DNA of 39,171 nt, taken from contig DASWDL010000276.1 in assembly GCA_036395315.1 (NCBI GenBank), positions 1 through 39,171 of the forward strand, read 5' to 3'. Shown here in pieces: positions 30,461-39,171 of this stretch. The stretch's first letter is position 1, and every line of letters begins with the position of its first letter. The notes under the pieces are model-generated. The model had not been told where the DNA came from and did no database searches. It saw nothing but the letters and a program-made list of their open reading frames with translations. Source of the DNA: Nitrososphaeraceae archaeon. Lineage in GTDB: Archaea > Thermoproteota > Nitrososphaeria > Nitrososphaerales > Nitrososphaeraceae. A program made the position numbers and the translations under genes.

Positions 30461-32035
30461 ATGCAAAAAGCAGAAAAGCACATCACTTCCACTCCGTGGA
30501 TAACCCTTGCAATTCTAAGCAGCTTGGGCATCATCGCAGTGTCTGCTGAAACTATGGTACTACCAGCCATTCCCGACTTCATAGTTGACCTTGATATCTC
30601 ATATGAAGCTTCATCATGGATACTGGCCGCATTACTGGTCACGGGAGCTGTTATGACTCCAATTGCTGGTAAACTATCCGATATATATGGTAAAAAGAAA
30701 GTGCTTCTGATAATCTTAGCGATTTACATATTAGGTCTTTTACTAGGATCAATGTCAACTAACTTTCTGTCCCTTGTTACTGCCAGAGTATTACAAGGGG
30801 TTGGCATATCGATGATTCCCATAGCCTTCAGTATTATTAGAGATAAATTCTCACCAGAAAAGCTTGCAATAGCTCTAGGCATATTTAGCTCTACCCTCTC
30901 TGGTGGTGCTGTAATAGGTTTGATAATAGGCGGACGTATAGTTGAAAGCTTTGGGTGGCGGGCTACATTCTTGTTGATGGTGCCAATTGCAATAATACTG
31001 TTTGGGATAATCGCCAAATTTGTTTACGTTAAAAAAGTAGGGCAACAACAAGCGGTCTCAAATAAAGGGGCTGAATTTTGCTGTAGATTTATTCATGTGA
31101 GACCAGATATATTATTATCAGAAAATACAAACTCATATGCTAACGTTAGCTATGACAGCATCGATAGCAAACAGAAATTAAGCAAGAACATAGACATAAG
31201 AGGTGCTGCAGCTCTTTCTGTTGCAATAATCTCATTTCTTATTACACTTCAGCTTCTCGAAAGGGCGGGCCCAAACAATATATTAGAGATTGTCATTTTT
31301 TCAGTCCTAACACTTATCTCATTGTTTCTATTCATAGTTGTAGAGAATAAGGTACCCTTCCCATTAATTGATTTCAAGTTGCTGAAAAATAAAATCATAT
31401 TTTCTGCAAATATAATTAATATGACTGTAGGGCTAACTGCGATGATGGTTGTGTATCAAAGTCTTCCTATTCTAATACGAAGTCCACCTCCTGTGGGATT
31501 TGGCGGCGGCCCATCAAGTATCGCAAATGTTCAACTTCCATATATGATAGTATCATTGATATTTTCTGTGGCCTCTGGTTTCCTGGTATCCAAATTTGGA
31601 AACTTAAAACCTACCACCGTAGGAACCATAATAGCTACTATAGGCTTTTTTATACTTTTCATATTTCATTCGACAGAGGCTTCGATAGCCGCGATTCTTG
31701 TCTTGGTAGCTATTGGATTAGCATTAATGCAGATCGGTTCGGTGAACATTGTGCTGATTTCGACTCCAAAACAATTTAGTGGAATATCTTTAGGAATTAA
31801 TCTTCTAATTTTCTTTATCGGATCCTCAGTTGGACCTGTAATTGCAGGCATATATATTCAAGCAAATCAGGTATTTGTAGAATCAGGAACGAACAATATT
31901 TCCGCATCCTTCCCATCTGCGCAGTCGTATAATCTAATCTTTTTTACGGCTACTTTGATTTCAGTATCATCCATCACATTTGCAAGCATTTTGAATAGAA
32001 GTATGTCAAATCAGATGGAGGTATTAAAGAAATAG
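30461..32035 (+). CDS. MFS drug/H+ antiporter-like transporter (DHA2 type)
   Basis: GKLSDIYGKK motif A, ARVLQG, GWRATF; many TM segments. Confidence 0.92.
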   Translation: MQKAEKHITSTPWITLAILSSLGIIAVSAETMVLPAIPDFIVDLDISYEASSWILAALLVTGAVMTPIAGKLSDIYGKKKVLLIILAIYILGLLLGSMSTNFLSLVTARVLQGVGISMIPIAFSIIRDKFSPEKLAIALGIFSSTLSGGAVIGLIIGGRIVESFGWRATFLLMVPIAIILFGIIAKFVYVKKVGQQQAVSNKGAEFCCRFIHVRPDILLSENTNSYANVSYDSIDSKQKLSKNIDIRGAAALSVAIISFLITLQLLERAGPNNILEIVIFSVLTLISLFLFIVVENKVPFPLIDFKLLKNKIIFSANIINMTVGLTAMMVVYQSLPILIRSPPPVGFGGGPSSIANVQLPYMIVSLIFSVASGFLVSKFGNLKPTTVGTIIATIGFFILFIFHSTEASIAAILVLVAIGLALMQIGSVNIVLISTPKQFSGISLGINLLIFFIGSSVGPVIAGIYIQANQVFVESGTNNISASFPSAQSYNLIFFTATLISVSSITFASILNRSMSNQMEVLKK

Positions 32036-32451
32036 GGGTTCCAGCTTGACTATGAGATCACTGTTTAGAAAATGATATTTAGCGGCCATCATGGAACTGG
32101 CACTCCAAACTCCTATCTAATGACATGACATTATCTTCAAGATGGGGTTATTTCTGGCACATCCATACCACTTATTATTTTTAATCTCTAGCTGATTCAG
32201 ATAAAGCTACTGCTTCTATCATAAGGAGTCTTCATAACTTGTTCAAGGAATTCTGCTGGATGGATTAGATCCAAGGTCAATTACACACAAGTCAAGTCCG
32301 ATCCTGAATTTTCCGATTGAAAAATCCTGCAGAAATGACCGGTATTTCTGGCCGCTGCCTGACTGTGAGCGTTGCTTTTATTATATGGAAAGAATAGTAA
32401 AAAATTGCAATAAACAAAAGTAATTCTAAATTCTTAAATTCAAGCGAATCT

Positions 32452-33033
32452 GTGAAAGATTGCATGACTAGAAGGAACGGAGAAGCAAAAAAGCTGACAT
32501 TGGCCGTAAGCGACCGCGACCATACTCAAGGTCCTACAACCGCACCTGTAACTTTAGTAGAATACGGAGATTATGAATGTCCTTATTGCGCTCAGGCGTA
32601 TATAATCATAAAAGAAGTTCAAGAACGTTTGGGACCTAAACTTAGATTCGTATTTCGGAACTTTCCAATAACTAAAGTTCGCCCGCATGCTTATCAGGTC
32701 GCGTTAGCAGCAGAAACTGCTGCAGCTCAAAATAAGTTCTGGGAAATGTATGATGATTTATTCAAACATGGACGTGCTAATACTGATGAGAATTTAAGAC
32801 AGTCTGCAGCCAGCTTGGGTTTAGAATTGAGTAAGTTCAATCAAGAATTTCTCGAAAGGACTTATAGCAGCCACATAGATGAGGATATTGAAAGCGGTAA
32901 GAATAGCGGAGTAACGAAGACTCCTACTTTCTTTATCAATGACGATCGTTATGATGACCCTTGGGATTTAGATAGTCTACTTAGTGCACTCGACGAGGCT
33001 AGCGTATTTGCTTGGAAAGAGACAGACCAGTAG
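32452..33033 (+). CDS. DsbA-family thioredoxin-fold oxidoreductase
   Basis: VEYGDYECPYC, FRNFP, GVTKTPTFFIN. Confidence 0.9.
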   Translation: MKDCMTRRNGEAKKLTLAVSDRDHTQGPTTAPVTLVEYGDYECPYCAQAYIIIKEVQERLGPKLRFVFRNFPITKVRPHAYQVALAAETAAAQNKFWEMYDDLFKHGRANTDENLRQSAASLGLELSKFNQEFLERTYSSHIDEDIESGKNSGVTKTPTFFINDDRYDDPWDLDSLLSALDEASVFAWKETDQ

Positions 33034-33330
33034 CAATTATGAACTAACCGGTTATTCCTTTCTGATATACCAAGAATAGACTTATTAAGTTAAGAAACCT
33101 TACCATTAGTGTCGAATTTAGAGTCATAGAGTGTGACAACCTCTATTCACTTCCAGCAAATGGAAAAAATTAATGATACTGTACCCAGAAACGGTGCAAA
33201 AGTTGTGTTCATAGCATACAGATTGGGACATAGATATTGGATCATTTTTGAAATAAATTTCAAACGAATTAACTACAAGTAGTTATAATTTTAGCGCTGA
33301 GTTTATGAGTTTACTATCTTCAAGACGTCT

Positions 33331-34299
33331 TTATGACTGATTGGTATTTAGCGCATTTACCGCATCTTGGCGTTCCAATACGCTCCGGTCCCATTTACCA
33401 CATATCGCGGCGGCCTCATAGGTACTTTGAAGAAAAGATAGCAAGATATCATCAGGTGATTTTGATGTACGGACCACATCGTACGGTAACAAGAACTCAC
33501 CCATGCCGGTACTGTAGAACGCTTCTGGTGGTTGAATCGGATAGTCCTTGAAGCCCTGAGGCTCGGGATAGGCATAAGCATAGAATACTGGTCCATCTAC
33601 GGGACCGCCACCTGGCCAAAAGCCGCAACTACTTACTTCACGAGAATAGGCTTCGACATCCACAAAGCGGGCTCCGTATGGAGTACCGGGGTGCAAAGGC
33701 GCTGGACGTCCTGAAAACCGGGTGACAGCCAGATCAAATCCTCCCCAGAAAAAATGTACCGGACTAGCTTTCCCAAGGAATCGTGATCGGAACTCGGTAA
33801 AAACCCGATTTGCTTGTGCCAGAATCTGCCAAATTCTTTTTACATACTCTTTATCGTAGGCAGCATGCTTTTGATCCTGCTCAAATGGAACTGGATTTGG
33901 TACTTCAGCCGGAGTGCTCCAAATAGTTATAGGCATATCCAGTGATACTAAGGAGGCCATAACTTCTTGATAAAAGTCAGTTACTGACCGTGGGCGCAGT
34001 GCAATTGACTTAGTATGACCATCATTCGTTTCTATGAGCAGAAGGTGATCAATAAAATCGAAATTCATTTGCAAGATTCGATGGTCATAATTCATCGCAG
34101 ACGTTGTGAGTCCGCGAGCGGTAACATACAAAGTAACATTCCACCAGTGATTGATAAGTGGGGTAAGTTTAAGCCGGATTTTACCTACTATCTGGGTCCA
34201 CATGTGCAGCGTCTCGTAGGTCTCTTTCCACTCCGCCAATGGCAGAGCTGGCCAAGTATTGCTAGTCACTGATACCAGCCCATTTGCAACAAGATCCAT
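33331..34299 (-). CDS. DUF5996-family protein
   Basis: TLHMWTQIVGK..NHWW...FLGKASPVHFFWGGFDLAVTRFSGR...GFWPG. Confidence 0.85.
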   Translation of the reverse strand: MDLVANGLVSVTSNTWPALPLAEWKETYETLHMWTQIVGKIRLKLTPLINHWWNVTLYVTARGLTTSAMNYDHRILQMNFDFIDHLLLIETNDGHTKSIALRPRSVTDFYQEVMASLVSLDMPITIWSTPAEVPNPVPFEQDQKHAAYDKEYVKRIWQILAQANRVFTEFRSRFLGKASPVHFFWGGFDLAVTRFSGRPAPLHPGTPYGARFVDVEAYSREVSSCGFWPGGGPVDGPVFYAYAYPEPQGFKDYPIQPPEAFYSTGMGEFLLPYDVVRTSKSPDDILLSFLQSTYEAAAICGKWDRSVLERQDAVNALNTNQS

Positions 34300-34353
34300 A
34301 CATGAATGTATAAAGCAGTACTGATTTTTTCTACTTGGCTGTTGATCTTCGTT

Positions 34354-34893
34354 TTATTCTTGTTTTTCATCTTTAGGAAGATATGCCAGAAAATAGAAGG
34401 CAGGATGACCTGATAGTCCCATTACCTTCTCGGGTTTAACTTTTATAATTACCCTCTTGGCCTTTGGTTTTCTATAATAATATTTTCCTATACCAAGATA
34501 TCTCTTGGCAAGTTTATGTAGGTGCTCGTCAGCTCCTTCACTTGTCATTTCAACGACCCTTCCCTTAATTGTTACCATATTATATGGATTAAACTGTTCA
34601 ACTAAAGAAATTCCAACTCGAGGGTCCTTTGATAGATGCTTAGCTTTTGCCGAAGCCTCAGAAGTATTTATCAAAATCAGATCACCTTCCATATCCGCCC
34701 AAACTGGAGTTACGTGAGGAGAACCGTCTTTTGATAATGTAGCTACAAAGGCAAGATTCCTGCGACCGAAAAGTTCAGTTATATTTTCTCTTGTCATTGT
34801 AGTGACACCGGCCAATAATTCTGGTGACTGAAGGTTTGCAGTATCGGCAGGTAGGTTGTCAATAATATCTACCGTGGGGTTATTCCGTTGCAT
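34354..34893 (-). CDS. PPOX-class (F420-dependent) oxidoreductase
   Basis: ATLSKDGSPHVTPVW...K..HL..DPRV...LAKRYLG...RVII. Confidence 0.88.
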   Translation of the reverse strand: MQRNNPTVDIIDNLPADTANLQSPELLAGVTTMTRENITELFGRRNLAFVATLSKDGSPHVTPVWADMEGDLILINTSEASAKAKHLSKDPRVGISLVEQFNPYNMVTIKGRVVEMTSEGADEHLHKLAKRYLGIGKYYYRKPKAKRVIIKVKPEKVMGLSGHPAFYFLAYLPKDEKQE

Positions 34894-35255
34894 GAGATAA
34901 ACTCATGATATTAGCATATAAGTTATTCTCGTGGGAATTCTAGTCTTCATGTATTATTAAAGCATCATCTCTTCAAATCATAAAAGTCTATTCAAGTACC
35001 CTGTCGACTTGCTTTTCTGTGTATTTCAAATAATACATTACGCTATTTATCTAATCTGGTACTCCAAAGTATCTGAAAACAAAAATAGATAATCACCTTC
35101 GTAGTAACAAACGAAACTTGATAGTAGCAAGTCCTATACTGTTTATGATGAAGAAATACAGCAACACTCTCTAAACTAATAAATATTCATTATGTGGGAT
35201 TGTTTATCTTTAATAAATATAGCAGGCGTAAATAACATTAGAAGATGAAAAATAC

Positions 35256-35385
35256 CTAAGTAATCTTGCCATAATCCCATGTCGAAAAATATTCTGGAGT
35301 AATTTCAATACCAACTTCATCGCCTTTTCTAACTAGCACCATCAACGTTCTGGTCATCTGATGTTCGAGACTTCTGACCTTAATT
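35256..35385 (-). pseudogene. Probable 3' remnant of a pyridoxamine-5'-phosphate-oxidase-like (split barrel) gene
   Basis: SLEHQMTRTLMVLVRKGDEVGIEITPEYFSTWDYGKIT* resembles the family's typical .EITP....WDY.K terminus. Confidence 0.5.
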
Positions 35386-35618
35386 TTTGCAGGTAAAGAT
35401 CAAATAACTGGAAATACCATAGGAAATAATAGCCACTAATTTTTTAGATATCGGCTGGATTAGGAGCCTATGAGAGTCTTCCTTTTGTGATATGTCTACT
35501 AATGTATCTTATTCTATGTAGCAATAAATCGATTGTCTTTGCAGAAAACACTCATTACTCTCATTTGATGCGTTCCAAAATTTATAACGCACATATTCAT
35601 TGATGAAATATTACATTA

Positions 35619-35753
35619 ATGAAATTGGATCGAAGTAACAAAGGTAGCAAAATAGATGAAAAAGTCTTAGAATTGTTTCAAGACATAAGAATACGAATCA
35701 ATGGATTAATAGTAGTACTAGAAGACCTCAGACGACACAAAGAGCCTCTTTAA
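35619..35753 (+). CDS. 44-aa amphipathic helical microprotein (tentative)
   Basis: MKLDRSNKGSKIDEKVLELFQDIRIRINGLIVVLEDLRRHKEPL*; TTTATAA box at 35581-35587. Confidence 0.4.
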   Translation: MKLDRSNKGSKIDEKVLELFQDIRIRINGLIVVLEDLRRHKEPL

Positions 35754-35780
35754 TACAACCTTTATTACCAATAATAGATA

Positions 35781-35888
35781 ATGAATTCTAAGATGGATAG
35801 TCTAAGATGCTACAATTGTAATCGTTGTGGCCTATCATTTAATACAGAAGCTGAGTTAAGAGACCACAGTCGTACGATGTGGCATTAA
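35781..35888 (+). CDS. 35-aa C2H2 zinc-finger microprotein
   Basis: MNSKMDSLRCYNCNRCGLSFNTEAELRDHSRTMWH*: C-x2-C-x3-F-x5-L-x2-H-x5-H. Confidence 0.72.
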   Translation: MNSKMDSLRCYNCNRCGLSFNTEAELRDHSRTMWH

Positions 35889-36059
35889 TTGATAAAGTAT
35901 GTGATTACATTCTAACTGGAATTAGGGCACACAAATTTACAGTATCTTTTATACTTTCTTTTGTTGCTAGAACTTGATGACAATTTGACCTTTAGGTATT
36001 TGTAACTGAATTGGATAACCTTATTATCACGAACTAGTGCACAGAACAGTAGTCATTTA

Positions 36060-36674
36060 TTGTCTAGTCTCCTAACTACCGAACGATTAAAGAGCTTTAG
36101 TGACTCGGTGCTCCTTGTCGCCATTACGATACTGGCATACAATCTCGTCCCTCCAACAATTGTTAATGGTCAGGTTAATCCAGATGAAATGAAGGATTTC
36201 TTTTATAATTTGTACGGGCTCATAAGCAGTTTTGCAGTGATTTCTGTTTTTTGGGTTTTTTCTATGTATTTTTTTGACTATCTAAAGTATCCAACTGAGA
36301 TCATTACGCTAATCTTGATAGTCTTTTTTGTTTTGATACTTATAACACCAATTACTACCGTAGCTGAATTACGATATAGGAATTGGGAAGGAGTAGCAGT
36401 TTTGTCATTATTACAAATATTCAATTCGATGATGTTATTGTTATTATGGTGGATTATAGGAAATAAAAAAAATTTACAGACTAAAGAAATCGACAATTGT
36501 ACTAAGAAAAAAATGTTCACTAACTTGGCTATTATTCCATCTCTTTACGTCATATCTACGGGACTCTCATTCCTTAATTTTGACGTAGCGGTCATTTTCC
36601 CTGTCATCATGATTCCTGCTCTGATACTAGCTGCTAAGGTACATCATAAGTATAAGCGTGGCAGTGACAATTAA
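36060..36674 (+). CDS. TMEM175/DUF1211-family K+ channel-like membrane protein
   Basis: RLKSFSDSVLLVAITIL (RxxxFSD signature); SF..I..FW. Confidence 0.85.
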   Translation: MSSLLTTERLKSFSDSVLLVAITILAYNLVPPTIVNGQVNPDEMKDFFYNLYGLISSFAVISVFWVFSMYFFDYLKYPTEIITLILIVFFVLILITPITTVAELRYRNWEGVAVLSLLQIFNSMMLLLLWWIIGNKKNLQTKEIDNCTKKKMFTNLAIIPSLYVISTGLSFLNFDVAVIFPVIMIPALILAAKVHHKYKRGSDN

Positions 36675-37038
36675 CAGCAATTAAATGATAGATCATTACT
36701 TCGTAGGTCAACTTGTTATGTAGGGGCCAATTTGTCTTCCTAGCATGTATATTTGCAATATCTAACTCGAAGCCGCGTCGAGCAGGACGTCTAGTCCGCC
36801 TCGATTATTTCCCAAAATTGTGAAGCAAACCAATCATCAATCTAGGACATGATGATAATGAAATCCAAATTTTAGCCGCACGTTTGGTCCCCCATTCTAA
36901 ATCCCAATTAAGTGTTGTTTAAATTACTCTATATAGTATCATACTTAATAAAAATGAGCAAGAATGGGTTTTGTAGGACGGATCAGAGAAACTTATGTTT
37001 TTCTTAACGATGCTTTCTATCTTAATGAAATCTTTATC

Positions 37039-37335
37039 TCACTTTCGCAAGATAGGTTCAGGCATTGAATAAACTTCATATCTAAATCCACCTGCCTTAA
37101 TTGCAGGGTCCTTAGTGCCTATGTCATGGACACCGATTTCATCCACTACTTCTACTATCGCGAGACCATATACTCCTTTAGGATCAATAACAGGGCCAAC
37201 TACTACTGCAATTCTTCTGTCGGCCAAATCTCTCCAGTATGCACCATGTTCTTGCATCACTTTTCCTTCGACTTCTGTCATGTCTTGATGAAATGTAGGG
37301 CGAGGCGGAACAAGCTTGTATAAAAAATATTTCAT
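37039..37335 (-). CDS. YciI-family protein
   Basis: MQEHGAYW...GPVIDPKG.YGL.IV...DPAIK. Confidence 0.85.
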   Translation of the reverse strand: MKYFLYKLVPPRPTFHQDMTEVEGKVMQEHGAYWRDLADRRIAVVVGPVIDPKGVYGLAIVEVVDEIGVHDIGTKDPAIKAGGFRYEVYSMPEPILRK

Positions 37336-37640
37336 AGCCGGTAAAGGTTGATCTACTTATATTAATTAAAACCAATTGATTAATAAACCCGGAGTCTTCT
37401 AGTATGAGCGCTTACTATATTCGAACTTGTTTCATCCGTTGATCGCAAATTGGCCAAATTAATTCAGTCAGTTAAAGCTTCCAACATGATAGAATTATTG
37501 ATAATGGCCTGTTACTTAATTCTCATATTACCTTCATAGAAACCAAACCTAACTTAATACTCTGATTAACTGCTTAACTAGAAACCCATGTTCTCTATAT
37601 AGATAACTACTACTATAATTAAATAAATGCGAAATTATCG

Positions 37641-37856
37641 ATGCTTAGTGCTACATTGAGAAAGACAAAGAAAAATCTCCTCAACTTCGATTCATTATCT
37701 TATAATAACAAGGCTAGAGTGTATAAGACTAAGGATGGTAGATTTTTGTCATATAACGAAGCTCTCAAGCATAAATGGAAATGTGAAAAGTGTCCCGAAA
37801 CATTCGCAAGCTTTAAGCTGTTAAAAGCACATAGGATTCAAATACACTCATACTAA
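37641..37856 (+). CDS. C2H2 zinc-finger small protein
   Basis: WKCEKCPETFASFKLLKAHRIQIHSY; TTAAATA at 37619-37625. Confidence 0.8.
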   Translation: MLSATLRKTKKNLLNFDSLSYNNKARVYKTKDGRFLSYNEALKHKWKCEKCPETFASFKLLKAHRIQIHSY

Positions 37857-38119
37857 CTCGCTGGTAGGTAACGATATTGTATCTAAAGTTACGCTGTAAA
37901 ATATCTGGTCGAAATGGATAGGCCCCGCATAAATAAAATCGAGATGGTTTTCGTTGCAATACTATTAATTGCATTTATTTTTCCCTTTTACCACTTTGCT
38001 AATCTTAGTTTCATTCCCTGCAAGACTTTAATTTATTGTCTAGAGTAAATAGAAAATATTCATAACAACTCCAAATAATTTTGCTGGCTCCAACACTCAC
38101 AACGGTTAGTTCAAGTCAA

Positions 38120-38896
38120 CTATCCGTCGCTTTTGTAAAAACATGAATGACGTGGGGCTCCAACCATTCTTTTTTCATTGTCCTCAGCTGAAATTTCTTC
38201 CTGAAATTCAGCTTCCTCCTGGGACTGAGCTTCATTGCCGCTGCTTGGAGTCCTATAGTAGTATGGATCTTCTTAATGTGATTTAGACGCCTTCGCCGGA
38301 AGATTGTACCAGCAACTCCGCGCAGCATGGCTTGTCTGGCTTATGATTTTTGGCTGCAGTTTCTCCTTCTTTTCAAAAGGCGAGTCGGACCTGTCAAAAA
38401 TATTCTGGCGAGGCGAAGAAACTGGATAGTATTCGTCGTTCGTCTTTCCACGTGCATCGTTCATCATTGAGTCATAATTGAGGCCATTTTCTTCAGTTGT
38501 AACCTCGTTTCTTACTTGCTTTTTGTAAAAACAATCGACCCCCAATTCGTTAAGAGCTTCTTCATCGAGTATTACTGAATCAAAGTCAGTAACTTCTATG
38601 CCCATCTCCATTTGGACTTTTGTAATAAATGATGCATAGTGGGTCATTAAATCCGTGTTTCCATTGCTGAGCGCAATTTTGAAACCAAGCCACGCTTTTC
38701 GTAAAGCGGCCCAGGATTCGGCAACTGTTTTGCCACAGGGTAATCGGAAGGACTTTCTTTCAGTATGGTCCAAGGTAAGTTCGTTGGGTATAAATCGCGA
38801 AAGCGCCCTAGCATTGCGCTCGCCAGGAATTGACCGGGATGCGACGGCCCTGTGCCATCGCTTCCGGGAAACACAATAATAGGATAGTTGGACCAT
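38120..38896 (-). CDS. Hypothetical protein, probably interrupted by an in-frame TAA at 38273-38275
   Basis: 207-aa ORF; the frame stays open for 50 codons after the stop (EDPYYYRT...PRHSCFYKSDG*) and repeats the SC[FW]Y motif of the upstream part. Confidence 0.65.
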
Positions 38897-39171
38897 TTGA
38901 AGTGTCTAAGAAAATGATTCGACATGTTTTATCACTCTGGTCAAGCGCTTTCTCCCCGACTAGACGTCTTATAAATTATCACCTAATTTAAAATTTCCTA
39001 TCTTTCAGATAAATTTATCACTTCAAGTGAGCTTAAATCTGTCTCCAAAGGGCTTTTCAAGGAAAAAGTATGTGATAACTTTATTTTCGGGATTCAGTTA
39101 GCTAAAATCGCAGTAAGAACTGGGTCACTAAATGCCAGTACTCGTCAAGAACACCAAGATTTAACCTAATT

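Noticed and set aside
38273-38275. Possible stop-codon recoding (Sec/Pyl)
   Set aside because: The internal stop is TAA, not TGA or TAG, so a nonsense mutation or sequencing error is more likely.
313-38879. Many short antisense or overlapping ORFs in the track (e.g. 313-513, 8020-8283, 10728-10967, 25391-25664, 33333-34272, 38647-38925)
   Set aside because: They are shadow ORFs overlapping well-supported genes and have no recognisable motifs.
1-39171. CRISPR array, tRNA/rRNA, integron attC array, transposase or integrase
   Set aside because: I found no regularly spaced repeats, cloverleafs, RYYYAAC...GTTRRRY hairpins after genes, or recombinase motifs by eye.

Overview
This is an AT-rich archaeal accessory region, most likely from a soil ammonia-oxidising archaeon (Nitrososphaeraceae). 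That assignment is inferred from the lineage-typical wHTH and RHH regulators, the C2H2 microproteins, the F420-type enzymes and the TATA boxes about 25-30 nt before start codons. I saw no rRNA, tRNA, CRISPR array, integrase or transposase. Positions 1-18 kb hold a CDF metal transporter, MscS, UspA, an HD-GNAT fusion, an HNH nuclease, a nitroreductase, several regulators and many small Zn-binding ORFs. Positions 18.5-37 kb hold a redox/detoxification collection, partly of bacterial appearance: ADH, SRPBCC, GNAT, alpha/beta hydrolase, MDR, DDN, LLM, a cNMP-TrxR-like protein, Rieske ferredoxin, MFS, DsbA, DUF5996, PPOX, TMEM175 and YciI. Five observations go beyond the ORF track. (1) A palindrome AGTAA-N4-TTACT sits at a fixed distance before the TATA box of four unrelated genes, suggesting a regulon. 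(2) There are several unannotated Zn-finger microproteins and one metallothionein-like ORF. (3) Two copies of a 'DKKDII' small-protein family each sit beside a regulator. (4) The thioredoxin-reductase-like protein lacks its catalytic CxxC. (5) Many 'intergenic' stretches are decayed paralogues or frameshifted genes. All functional calls come from motif recognition by eye, and no searches were run.
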